From contig JALVPN010000094.1 of assembly GCA_027031765.1 (NCBI GenBank), forward strand, positions 1 through 14,125: a DNA stretch of 14,125 nt. The letters are read 5' to 3'. The DNA is from Promethearchaeota archaeon. GTDB lineage: Archaea > Asgardarchaeota > Thorarchaeia > Thorarchaeales > Thorarchaeaceae. The notes below the pieces were generated by a model. It saw nothing but the letters and a program-made list of their open reading frames with translations, made no database searches and was not told the DNA's origin. Below, in pieces: positions 1-7,728 of the stretch (its first letter is position 1; every line of letters starts with the position of its first letter). The position numbers were made by a program, and so were the translations under genes.

Positions 1-273
1 CCACCTGACAAGGCGATGCGGATTGCAGACCTGCTGCAGACGATTATCAAGTCCCTGAAAATGGGCTGTGTGTCAGGTGACGTCCAAGACGTGATGGCCA
101 GCGTCAAGGCCGAGATAATGAAGATCGTGCCCAGTGACCCCATCATGATAAAGATTGACCGCTGGATGGGTGTGGTGAGTGCGTATCCCCGCAGGAAGGA
201 GCTACAGGCACGGGACATCCTCAAACTGAAAAAGGAGCTCAAGGCCGAGGTGGAAGTCTACTCTCCAGCCTAG
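1..273 (+). CDS. Hypothetical protein, C-terminal fragment (5' end outside window)
   Basis: Frame is open from base 1 (PPDKAMRIADLLQ...) to TAG at 271-273. Protein-like helical composition. Ends convergently 5 nt from the CBS gene stop. Confidence 0.7.
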   Translation, partial: PPDKAMRIADLLQTIIKSLKMGCVSGDVQDVMASVKAEIMKIVPSDPIMIKIDRWMGVVSAYPRRKELQARDILKLKKELKAEVEVYSPA

Positions 274-278
274 CCAGG

Positions 279-716
279 CTAGTAGTAGTCCTCTGCGTCC
301 ACAGGCCCGCCCGGCCGTTCGGGTATTGCTTCGATGACCATCTTGACCGTAGCCAGCACCCGGATTATGTCCGCGGCAGTCACGACGCCCACCACAATGC
401 CACCGTCAACCACCGGGATGTGACGCCTGTCGCTCCGGTACATCAGGGAGACCGTCTGCCCCAGGTCCGCCTCCGGATTGATGGTCACCACCGGGGCGGT
501 CATTATATCGCCGAGGGTCAGCTTGTTGTACGCCTCCTCGGAGAGCAGCTGTGCCCCAATGATGTCCTTGTGTGTGACGAGGCCCACGAGCTGGTCCCTC
601 TCAGTAACAATCAGGCTCCCAATCTCCTCTGCAGCCATTAGTCTGGCGGCGTTCCTGACCAGCATGTCCGCCTCTGCGGTCACGATTTCTGCAGTCATGA
701 ACTCCCGGACGAGCAA
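279..716 (-). CDS. CBS-domain pair protein (~145 aa)
   Basis: Two CBS repeats: 'LVREFMTAEIVT...IGSLIV...LVGLVTHKDI' and 'LGDIMTAPVVTI...RHIPVVDGGIVVGVVTAADI'. Start re-called to TTG 716 because GAGGTG (728-723) lies 6 nt upstream; GTG 725 is the alternative. Confidence 0.92.
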   Translation of the reverse strand: MLVREFMTAEIVTAEADMLVRNAARLMAAEEIGSLIVTERDQLVGLVTHKDIIGAQLLSEEAYNKLTLGDIMTAPVVTINPEADLGQTVSLMYRSDRRHIPVVDGGIVVGVVTAADIIRVLATVKMVIEAIPERPGGPVDAEDYY

Positions 717-760
717 GGCAAACACCTCTCATTGGACACCGATGGCACTACGGATGGTCT

Positions 761-835
761 CACCACGCCACGCCACACCACACCACACCACACCACACCA
801 CGTCACGTCACGTCACGTCACGTCACGTCACGTCA
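761..835. repeat. Compound pentanucleotide microsatellite: CACCA, (CGCCA)2, (CACCA)5, (CGTCA)7
   Basis: 15 contiguous 5-mers read directly from the sequence. Minus-strand consensus is TG[AG][CT]G. Confidence 0.97.
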
Positions 836-1417
836 CATGAGCGGGCTCGGGGTCTTGTCAAGGGTCTGCATGAGTATCCGTCTTGCGAGGCGCTTGAAGA
901 CATCGGCCACCCGCTCGCCTGTCTTTGCCGATGTCTCAAAATAGTCTGCTTGGAACCAGTCCCTGAGCATGTGCCCGGGCTCCACCGGGACCATGCGCTG
1001 GTCCACCAAATCCACCTTGTTCGCACACACCACTACCGGCGCGTTCGGACATGTGTTCCTGAACACCTCGAACCACCGGTTCATGGCCATGAAGGTCTCT
1101 GGTCTGGTCACATCATACACTATTACGCCACCGGCAGCCCCTCGCATGTACTGACGGCGCAGCTCACGGTAGGTGGCCGTACCGCCCATGTCCCAGACTA
1201 CGAGCCTCACCAGTCGCTTCGTGCCATTCCCGTCCAGCAACTTGGTGTCCTTCGTCGAGAACGTGGTCCCCAGAGTCTGCTTGTACTCCTCTTCAAACCT
1301 GTTCTCGGTGAACCGCCGGATCAACGATGTCTTGCCGACGCGTTCCTCTCCAAGCATCACGACGCGGAACTTGTACTCGCTGGTCTCAGGCGAAGATACC
1401 CCGGTGTCACCAGTCAT
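833..1417 (-). CDS. Rab/Ras-like small GTPase (~194 aa)
   Basis: G1 GEERVGKTS, switch I YKQTLGTTF, G3 WDMGG, Rab-like YMRGAAGGVIVYDVT, G4 NKVD, G5 ETSAKT. No C-terminal Cys. Start re-called to ATG 1417 (GAGGTG at 1430-1425); ATG 1432 is the alternative. Confidence 0.95.
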   Translation of the reverse strand: MTGDTGVSSPETSEYKFRVVMLGEERVGKTSLIRRFTENRFEEEYKQTLGTTFSTKDTKLLDGNGTKRLVRLVVWDMGGTATYRELRRQYMRGAAGGVIVYDVTRPETFMAMNRWFEVFRNTCPNAPVVVCANKVDLVDQRMVPVEPGHMLRDWFQADYFETSAKTGERVADVFKRLARRILMQTLDKTPSPLM

Positions 1418-1472
1418 CAGAGAACACCTCATGGCCTTGCGTCAGAGGCACTCCGTACTCCAGTTCAGGCGA

Positions 1473-1486
1473 CTTATATGTTTCTG
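1473..1486 (-). promoter_or_regulatory. Putative BRE/TATA promoter of the GTPase gene
   Basis: Minus strand CAGAAAC-ATATAAG, an AT-rich island in GC-rich DNA about 55 nt upstream of ATG 1417. Confidence 0.55.
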
Positions 1487-1730
1487 CGGTGCCATCCGCG
1501 TGTGCAGGCCACATTGGACAATGAGGTCTGTTGACGGGGCTACAGTGACATGCAGGGCTGAGGCCTTGTCCGCCCGGCCCCGGGAGGAGGCCCGGGTGTG
1601 GTCCCGACGGCCCCCGACCCGGTGGGCTGCTGGAACGAGTGGCCGCATGTGGTACAATACCGGGGCGTACCGGGCTGGTGGGGCCCGGGCCGGTCGTTTC
1701 CCAGTGCCCGGTGGACCATGAGCCCCTGCA

Positions 1731-3395
1731 CTACCACCTGCCATCAGGCGGGAGTTCGAGTTCGAAGCCCATCGCAGGCCGTGCCAGACCGAAGGCCTCC
1801 AGCACCTCGGGCGCCACCTCGCCGACTATGCCCATCTCTGTCCCGTCAACGTATACAGCTGCGCAGCGCCCATGTACGAAGGACGGGCTGGTGACAGCCT
1901 TCAGTGTGAACCTGCCCTCGAGGCCGAGGTTCCTCATGACGAAGCCCAGCTCGGTTATGAGTCCCGTGACGTTGACGCGGTTGGCCACTGTGAGCGCTGC
2001 AACTGAGGGCACCTGTCGACTGCGGGTCTCTGCGTCCTTGTCCGGGTAGACGACGTCTCCGACCTCGTACACCTTCTGCGGGTACTCTGCGTGCTGGTTC
2101 TGTGCTGCAAAGTCAATGAGGACGGGCAGTATCGCATTCCTCAGCACAGAGTACTCACGGCTCTTTGGGTTGCCTGTCTCTATCAGTGGTGCCTGCCTCC
2201 CCATCTTGTCATTCATCATCTCAGGTGAGCACATGATGTAGCTCAGGACTTCCTGGTAGCCGAGCCCCACCATGAGGTCGCGCACCTTGTTCTTCAGCCG
2301 TGTCACGGGACGTGGACGGCCTGCCGTCATGGTGGAGGGCATCGTCGGTGTTATCCGGTCGAAGCCATAGCCCATTGCCATGTCCTCTATGAGGTCGACA
2401 GTGTGCATGATGTCCATCCTGTAGGCCGGCACTCTGACCTCGACCTGACCGCTGGCAGCAACACTTGCGCCGTGACCCATCCTCCTGAAACACTCTGCGA
2501 CCTCGGCGTCCGTCAGCTCCAGTCCGGTAAGGGCACAGGCCTCCTCCGTGCTGAGATGTCTCACCTGCGGTGTCAGGTCTGGGCGCACGTATTCGGTCCC
2601 ATCCGGGTGGACGGTCGTCACACTCTCTATCCTTCCGCCGCGCTCGGCAAGCGCAGTTGTCATTATGTTGAGTGTCTGGTCCACAGTTGGCATGTGGGTG
2701 CCCGTCACTTCCACGAAGATGTTCCGGGTCTCGGGGGTGATCCGGCCAAGGTCATTGCTGTTTATTATTGGTGGCAGGCTCAGGACGGCGCCCTGCGAGT
2801 CCATGAGCACTGGCCACTTCGAGTGCCGCTCAATTATGTGTCCGAACTCGATGCCCTTGTCGTGCTCTCTGAGGATTGTTGTGCCGTCCATGACCCTGTC
2901 GTGTCCCAGTGGTACGAACCTGATGGACTCGGGACGTGCGGGCCTGTAGACCACTGGGAACTCTATGTCGTCGAGGACGTAGAGCCCGATGCTTGCCTTC
3001 CTGCGGTTCCGCCCATGCGTTGTCGTGAGGGCCTCCTGTAGCCGCATGTACTGTTTGATGAGCTCGTCGCTGGTCCCCACCCCGAGGACCGCACTGCATG
3101 CGATATACGGCCTGATCTTTGACAGTCCGCGCCTGACAATTACCTTTCTGTCCGACGTGGTCACCGGGTAGTCGATGAGGCCCGGCTGGATGCGGAGGAA
3201 CGCTCTGACAGCTCTCGCAATGCCCTCGACTGACAGCATGTCCTGCCGGTCGGGGTTTATCTCAATGTCCAGTGTGTCGTCCTGCACACGGTCAATCTCG
3301 GCCTTTAGTAGGAACAGCACATCCTCAAGCCTCTCCAGTGTGAGTTCGCGCCCAATCAGCCGGTTCAGTTCCGATATGTCACACTCTACTATCAT
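1731..3395 (-). CDS. pheT: Phenylalanine--tRNA ligase beta subunit, archaeal type (554 aa)
   Basis: 'EINPDRQDMLSVEGIARA', B3/4 'RNRRKASIGLY', 'LSLPPIINS', B5 'VPAYRMDIMHTVDLIEDMAMGYG', 'NPKSREYSVLR'. Lies 10 nt downstream of pheS. Confidence 0.97.
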   Translation of the reverse strand: MIVECDISELNRLIGRELTLERLEDVLFLLKAEIDRVQDDTLDIEINPDRQDMLSVEGIARAVRAFLRIQPGLIDYPVTTSDRKVIVRRGLSKIRPYIACSAVLGVGTSDELIKQYMRLQEALTTTHGRNRRKASIGLYVLDDIEFPVVYRPARPESIRFVPLGHDRVMDGTTILREHDKGIEFGHIIERHSKWPVLMDSQGAVLSLPPIINSNDLGRITPETRNIFVEVTGTHMPTVDQTLNIMTTALAERGGRIESVTTVHPDGTEYVRPDLTPQVRHLSTEEACALTGLELTDAEVAECFRRMGHGASVAASGQVEVRVPAYRMDIMHTVDLIEDMAMGYGFDRITPTMPSTMTAGRPRPVTRLKNKVRDLMVGLGYQEVLSYIMCSPEMMNDKMGRQAPLIETGNPKSREYSVLRNAILPVLIDFAAQNQHAEYPQKVYEVGDVVYPDKDAETRSRQVPSVAALTVANRVNVTGLITELGFVMRNLGLEGRFTLKAVTSPSFVHGRCAAVYVDGTEMGIVGEVAPEVLEAFGLARPAMGFELELPPDGRW

Positions 3396-3405
3396 CCCGT
3401 ACCAC

Positions 3406-4926
3406 CTACCTCACAAAGTAGCTCCTCCTGAGCCAGTTCAGGTCGCGGGTGTACAGCTCCCTGATGTCTGAGATGTCCATTGCTGCCATGTACAGCCTGC
3501 CCGAGCCTATGCCCCACGCGAGCACGGTGTCCGTTATCCCGAGGGGCCGCGTCACCTCCGGCCGGAAGATACCACCTGGTGCCACCTCGATCCAGCCGAG
3601 GGTCTCGTGCTTGGCGAACACCTCGACGCTCGGCTCTGTGAAGGGGAACTGGCCCGGTTTGGCCTTGGTCTTCTTGATGCCGACCCTCCTGCATATCTCC
3701 TGCAGGTATCCCAACAGGTCGCGGAGTGTCAGTCCCCTGTCCATGATTATTCCCTCACACTGGTTGAACTCCTGGGCGTGGCTGGCACTGAGGCTCTCGG
3801 CCCTGAAGTTGCGGTCGATGATGAACATCTTCTGTGGCGACGTCCGGTGCTCGTAGAGATACCTCATGGACACTGGTGTGGTGTGTGAGCGCAGACAGAG
3901 TCGCGTGGCCACCTCCTTGCTATACGTGGACTGCCAGCCTGTCGACCCTGTGTCCCCACCATGTTCGTGTACGGCCTTGACGGCCTGGTAGTACTCCCTG
4001 TCCGGTATGAGCCCGTGGTCATACGGCCTGGCCACCCGGAACTGGTTCTGCACCTCCCGTGCCACGTGGTCCTGGGGGACAAAGAGGGAGTCGTTGTTCC
4101 AGAACTCGGTCTCCACATATGGGCCGTACCACTCTGTGAAGCCCAGACCAATGAGGATCTCACGCAGCCAGTCGTTGAACTCTGCATACGGGTGCTTCTT
4201 TCCATAGCTTGCAAACGCCGGCTGGATTTCCATGTTGTACCTCTTGAAGGTCCTGCCCCGCCACCTGCCCGACATTAGCAGCTCCGGCGTCAGGTCAACT
4301 ATGACCCCCGACTCCTCGTGTCCCAGTTCACGTACCCATCCCCTCATGTCGTCTTTCAGGCGCGCCACGAACTCCTTCTGGGTCCTGACCAGCACGAGGC
4401 CACGTTCTATCGCCTGCTGCAGCGCCCCGTCAAGGCAATCATCGACGGCCTCGCCGTCCCTGACCGCCCGCAGCACCACCGCCACCTCTGAGTCGGCGCT
4501 GTCGGTCAGCGCAAACAGCATGGCCTTGCCTTCCTCGCGGCCCACCGCCACCCAGCCGTTCCTCTTGGCCCAACCTATGGCAATACCTCTGGCCTGCCCC
4601 GTGAGCCCTGCTGCTCCTACCACCTCGTCCATGGGTGCCCGGCCACCCAACCGGTGTAGGGTCTCAAGCAGGCGCATTTCCGGGAGCCCCTTCTCACAGT
4701 ACTCTTCCCCCTCCTTGCTGAGCACGTACTCCTTCCTTTCAATGGTCTCGAGCTCCACAATGCCCTTCTGGGACAGGGAGTTGAGGACTGATACTACCCT
4801 CTCTACCCCTGCGCCACTGTCCTCGGCAATGCGCCCGGCCGGCACCAGTCCCTCATGGTCAAGCAAGTACAGCAAGACGTCCCTCTCGCCGCCAGATATG
4901 TCCTTGAGCAAACTGTCACTACTCAT
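3406..4926 (-). CDS. pheS: Phenylalanine--tRNA ligase alpha subunit, archaeal/eukaryotic type (506 aa)
   Basis: N-terminal winged-helix-like extension, 'LRSHTT', motif 2 'FRAES...HAQEFNQCEG', 'FPFTEPSVEV', motif 3 'AWGIGSGRL', 'DIRELY'. Confidence 0.97.
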   Translation of the reverse strand: MSSDSLLKDISGGERDVLLYLLDHEGLVPAGRIAEDSGAGVERVVSVLNSLSQKGIVELETIERKEYVLSKEGEEYCEKGLPEMRLLETLHRLGGRAPMDEVVGAAGLTGQARGIAIGWAKRNGWVAVGREEGKAMLFALTDSADSEVAVVLRAVRDGEAVDDCLDGALQQAIERGLVLVRTQKEFVARLKDDMRGWVRELGHEESGVIVDLTPELLMSGRWRGRTFKRYNMEIQPAFASYGKKHPYAEFNDWLREILIGLGFTEWYGPYVETEFWNNDSLFVPQDHVAREVQNQFRVARPYDHGLIPDREYYQAVKAVHEHGGDTGSTGWQSTYSKEVATRLCLRSHTTPVSMRYLYEHRTSPQKMFIIDRNFRAESLSASHAQEFNQCEGIIMDRGLTLRDLLGYLQEICRRVGIKKTKAKPGQFPFTEPSVEVFAKHETLGWIEVAPGGIFRPEVTRPLGITDTVLAWGIGSGRLYMAAMDISDIRELYTRDLNWLRRSYFVR

Positions 4927-5161
4927 CTATCAGTCCCTTCTACGGTCTCGGTCAGAGTGGCTGTGGTGTCTGTGGAATGTGCTGCAACATCGTGCGGTGG
5001 TGTGCCACGCCCGGCCCTGACAGCTCCCCTGATGCCACTGCTGTCAGCGGAATGTGCGGCCATCGGCGGCTCCGCTCCGCCAAGAAGGAACTCTGGTGTC
5101 ATACCAGTGTAAATTGGCGTGGGCACATTCCTGATCACCGCACCTCTCAGCCGCTGTCCCC

Positions 5162-5172
5162 CTTTTAAGCTT
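5162..5172 (-). promoter_or_regulatory. Putative TATA element in the pheS / membrane-protein divergent region
   Basis: Minus strand AAGCTTAAAAG, similar to CTTAAAAAG upstream of aRF1. It also reads TTTTAAG on the plus strand, so orientation is ambiguous. Confidence 0.4.
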
Positions 5173-5309
5173 GTTCCCGTGTGGGGCCCTGCGGGACAGG
5201 TCAACAGGGGCAGCTCCGGCTACCGGCAACACCACTGCGTGTGGACGGATGGCCGCCCAGAAGACCACTTATGCTGTCAAATTGTAGGTGCGTATAGGAG
5301 TGATATCTG

Positions 5310-5873
5310 ATGGACAGGGGAGTGCTGGTCAAGTCTGTCCTCATAGTAGCGCTTGCTGTTACTGCTGGTCTCGGTCTGCCGTTCTTGAACTACTACTTGT
5401 CCCTTCAAAGGCGTGTGACTACGCTGTCCTTCTGGGCTAGAGGTGACTTCGACCTTGTGATAATAGAGCCCCCACGTAGGACTACAGAGGTCGAAATGAT
5501 TGTGCTCACCTCCCCCACCGACAATGTGAGTGTGGACTATACGAGCGGCCTGCGGTTTGGGACCGAGATCAGTATCAAGGCAATTGTCAACGACACCGAG
5601 TACAGGTCGAGTCCAACGGTGGTGTATAACCGCACCATGCGTGCACATGCTGACGGGGTAGATGTCTATATGAAGTGCTGGCAGGAGCCCCCGGAGCACC
5701 TGACGGAGTCAGAGGCTGCGCTTTTTCGGGATACACAACTGACCTCATGGGTCTTTGCCGGTTGTATCATCATCTTTGGAGCAATCTGTGTGATGACACC
5801 CCCGGAAGAGGACTCTGAAACAGAGTCGGAGCGCAGTGAGGAGGACAGGGAAGACGACTGTGACGGGGACTGA
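5310..5873 (+). CDS. Hypothetical membrane protein, two TM helices, putative surface glycoprotein (187 aa)
   Basis: RBS GGAGTGA about 5 nt upstream. Hydrophobic N-terminal segment and near-C-terminal segment (WVFAGCIIIFGAICVM). Sequons NVS, NDT, NRT. Acidic tail. Confidence 0.75.
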   Translation: MDRGVLVKSVLIVALAVTAGLGLPFLNYYLSLQRRVTTLSFWARGDFDLVIIEPPRRTTEVEMIVLTSPTDNVSVDYTSGLRFGTEISIKAIVNDTEYRSSPTVVYNRTMRAHADGVDVYMKCWQEPPEHLTESEAALFRDTQLTSWVFAGCIIIFGAICVMTPPEEDSETESERSEEDREDDCDGD

Positions 5874-6177
5874 TTGCCCGCGGGTCGCTGCCTGCCCGGT
5901 GCAGCCCATGTGATGTCTCACGTTGCAGGGCCTCACATCCCACTGCTGCCCCCCGTGGCGGGTCTGGGACACGTCACTATCACCCTGTCCCGGGTCCACC
6001 CCCTTCCTGCTGACATGTGCTGCCCACGTGATGCCGGCCCTGCCACCTGCCATATGCTAGGCCTTCCAGTCAGGGGCATGTTGACGGGGGTGGGCCGGAG
6101 CATGCCTGTGCATGGTGACCCGCCCGCCCATCCACTCTACAGTGAGCACCTGTCTGCCCGGGCCCTGCAGCACCCGA

Positions 6178-7395
6178 CTAGTCGTGGCCATGTCGTCGGG
6201 AGCTCTCTTCCATCCTCTTTGTGATCTCCTCCAGTCTGTCAATCATGTCTGACAGGCCGAAGGAGTCAATCAGATAGGCCGCGATGGTCAGCTCCTTCTG
6301 TACCTTGATGGCATGCACCAGTGCGTCCTCGAGGTCTCCCACTGCCTCCAGTCTCACAAGACCGCTCTCTGCCTCTGCCATCAGGAACCTGACAAGGTCG
6401 CGTGCCTCGCGTTTGTTGCTGAGGGCAGTGGAACGACCCGTGCTCCTGAGGAAGTCGTAGATGTGGTCCAGGTGCCTTGCCCTCCGGTCTGCCCGTTCGA
6501 GCAGCGCCTCTGCAATCTCCTCGACTTCTCCCTCCACCGGATACCGTGATATTGCGTTCCTCACCTCGTCCATGGCTGAACGGAGCCGTTCCTGCCTCTG
6601 GGACAGTGGGATGTCCTCTTCGTCGGACGTGTCGAGGGCTGTCATGAGGTGATGGATGGCGTCTTGGACTTCAAACAGTCTGTCCTGCTGTGTTTCGAGG
6701 ACGGTGGCCGTGGTATTGAACTCCGTATTGAACTCTTCCATTGTCTTCAAGGCCTCCCTCATCATCTTCAGGAGCCTGTATTGGACGGCAACGTCCCGGG
6801 CGCGTCCTAGGGCGTGCTGGGCCTTTCGTGCCTCGCTCCTCAGCTGTTTCAGGGCCCGCTTCACGGCCTTTCCGTCGAGGGGCACTCGCCGTATCTCTCT
6901 AATCCTCTCGATGTGTTCAGACGCCTCCTTCAGGGCCTTCTCAATACGTGCCATTGCCTCTGCGTGCTTCTCCTTCAGTTCACTCAGTGTCTGTTCTGTC
7001 CCGTCCAGTTGGCCCTCCAAGATCCCCTCGACCAGTGGACGTGCTCTGACAAGTGCCTCTTCGAGGTACTCGATGGCGATTTCGATGGGCATGTCCCTCT
7101 CGGTTGCTGTCTTGGTTATGGCTGCCACATGCCCAAGGGCCATGCGTGCTGCCTGTACCCGTCTGTCGTTGGCCTCCACCCGTTCGCGTGCGTTCGCCTC
7201 CTCTATCTCGATGGCCACAGCCACCTCCCCGGCCTGCTCGGCAAGGTCGTCCCAGCCGTTCTCTCTTGCCTCCCTCTCTACGGCCGCCGCTGTTTCCTTC
7301 CCTTCCTTCACTGCCTGGTCAAGGGTGCGGAGGATGGCGTCCCTGTCCCAGTCCTCGGCTGGCAGCTTTCCGGTCTGTCTGACCATGTCCAGCAA
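6178..7395 (-). CDS. Hypothetical all-alpha / coiled-coil protein (~400-420 aa; start uncertain)
   Basis: Long E/A/R/L-rich amphipathic-helix ORF. The first ~120 codons of the supplied 538-aa ORF are non-coding-like and overlap the aRF1 upstream region. Candidate starts: TTG 7395 (AGGAG upstream), ATG 7386, CTG 7437. Confidence 0.8.
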   Translation of the reverse strand: MLDMVRQTGKLPAEDWDRDAILRTLDQAVKEGKETAAAVEREARENGWDDLAEQAGEVAVAIEIEEANARERVEANDRRVQAARMALGHVAAITKTATERDMPIEIAIEYLEEALVRARPLVEGILEGQLDGTEQTLSELKEKHAEAMARIEKALKEASEHIERIREIRRVPLDGKAVKRALKQLRSEARKAQHALGRARDVAVQYRLLKMMREALKTMEEFNTEFNTTATVLETQQDRLFEVQDAIHHLMTALDTSDEEDIPLSQRQERLRSAMDEVRNAISRYPVEGEVEEIAEALLERADRRARHLDHIYDFLRSTGRSTALSNKREARDLVRFLMAEAESGLVRLEAVGDLEDALVHAIKVQKELTIAAYLIDSFGLSDMIDRLEEITKRMEESSRRHGHD

Positions 7396-7534
7396 TTCGC
7401 GGCTCCTCTTGAGTCGGGCCTCAAGTCCTTCTCTCAGTGACCAGCGCCTCCTGCTCTGTTGAAAGGGCCTCCAACAGTCCTTGGGCGCACCACGTGTCGG
7501 TGGGCGCCCCGGTACAATCAAGTGTCGGCTCACA

Positions 7535-7540
7535 TTATAA
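7535..7540 (-). promoter_or_regulatory. Possible TATA box (TTATAA) for the helical-protein gene
   Basis: Isolated palindromic TTATAA in the GC-rich divergent intergenic region. Confidence 0.3.
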
Positions 7541-7625
7541 CCACTGCGGCCCGGCCGGTGGCCGGACATGCTGGAGGCGACCGTCATCCATCGGCACACC
7601 CTGCCAGCAGCCCCCTCTTGGCACG

Positions 7626-7641
7626 TCGCAACCTTAAAAAG
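7626..7641 (+). promoter_or_regulatory. Putative BRE/TATA promoter of aRF1
   Basis: TCGCAAC-CTTAAAAAG about 90 nt upstream of GTG 7729. RBS GGAGGTG at 7715-7721. Confidence 0.45.
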
Positions 7642-7728
7642 CCCTCCCAGCGGTTGTGGCGTGCCCTTTGCCCTCTGCGGTGTTCTTGGGCGTTTCTCTT
7701 TGACACGACTTATCGGAGGTGCCAGACA

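Noticed and set aside
478-944. His/Thr-rich repeat proteins (RHVTS, PHHTT) in plus-strand ORFs 478-840 and 732-944
   Set aside because: These are translations of the microsatellite, antisense to the well-supported CBS and GTPase genes.
3406-3860. Altered amino-acid specificity of PheS (motif 3 'GSGR', motif 2 'SASH')
   Set aside because: Key residues appear retained (motif 2 Arg/Glu/His/Phe, FPFTEP, pocket Ala in 'AWG', motif 3 Arg) and it sits in a normal pheST operon.
4923-5268. pheM-like attenuator leader peptide
   Set aside because: No short ORF upstream of pheS has a run of Phe codons.
5874-6177. Small ORFs and imperfect repeats (GCAGCCCATGTGATG / GCTGCCCACGTGATG) in the convergent gap
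   Set aside because: The ORFs lack an RBS and protein-like composition, and the two short imperfect copies are within chance for GC-rich DNA.
7459-7728. N-terminal extensions on aRF1 and on the opposite-strand helical protein
   Set aside because: The extensions are Pro/Arg/Trp-rich and non-coding-like, mutually overlapping, and contain TATA-like elements. A perfect RBS supports GTG 7729 for aRF1.
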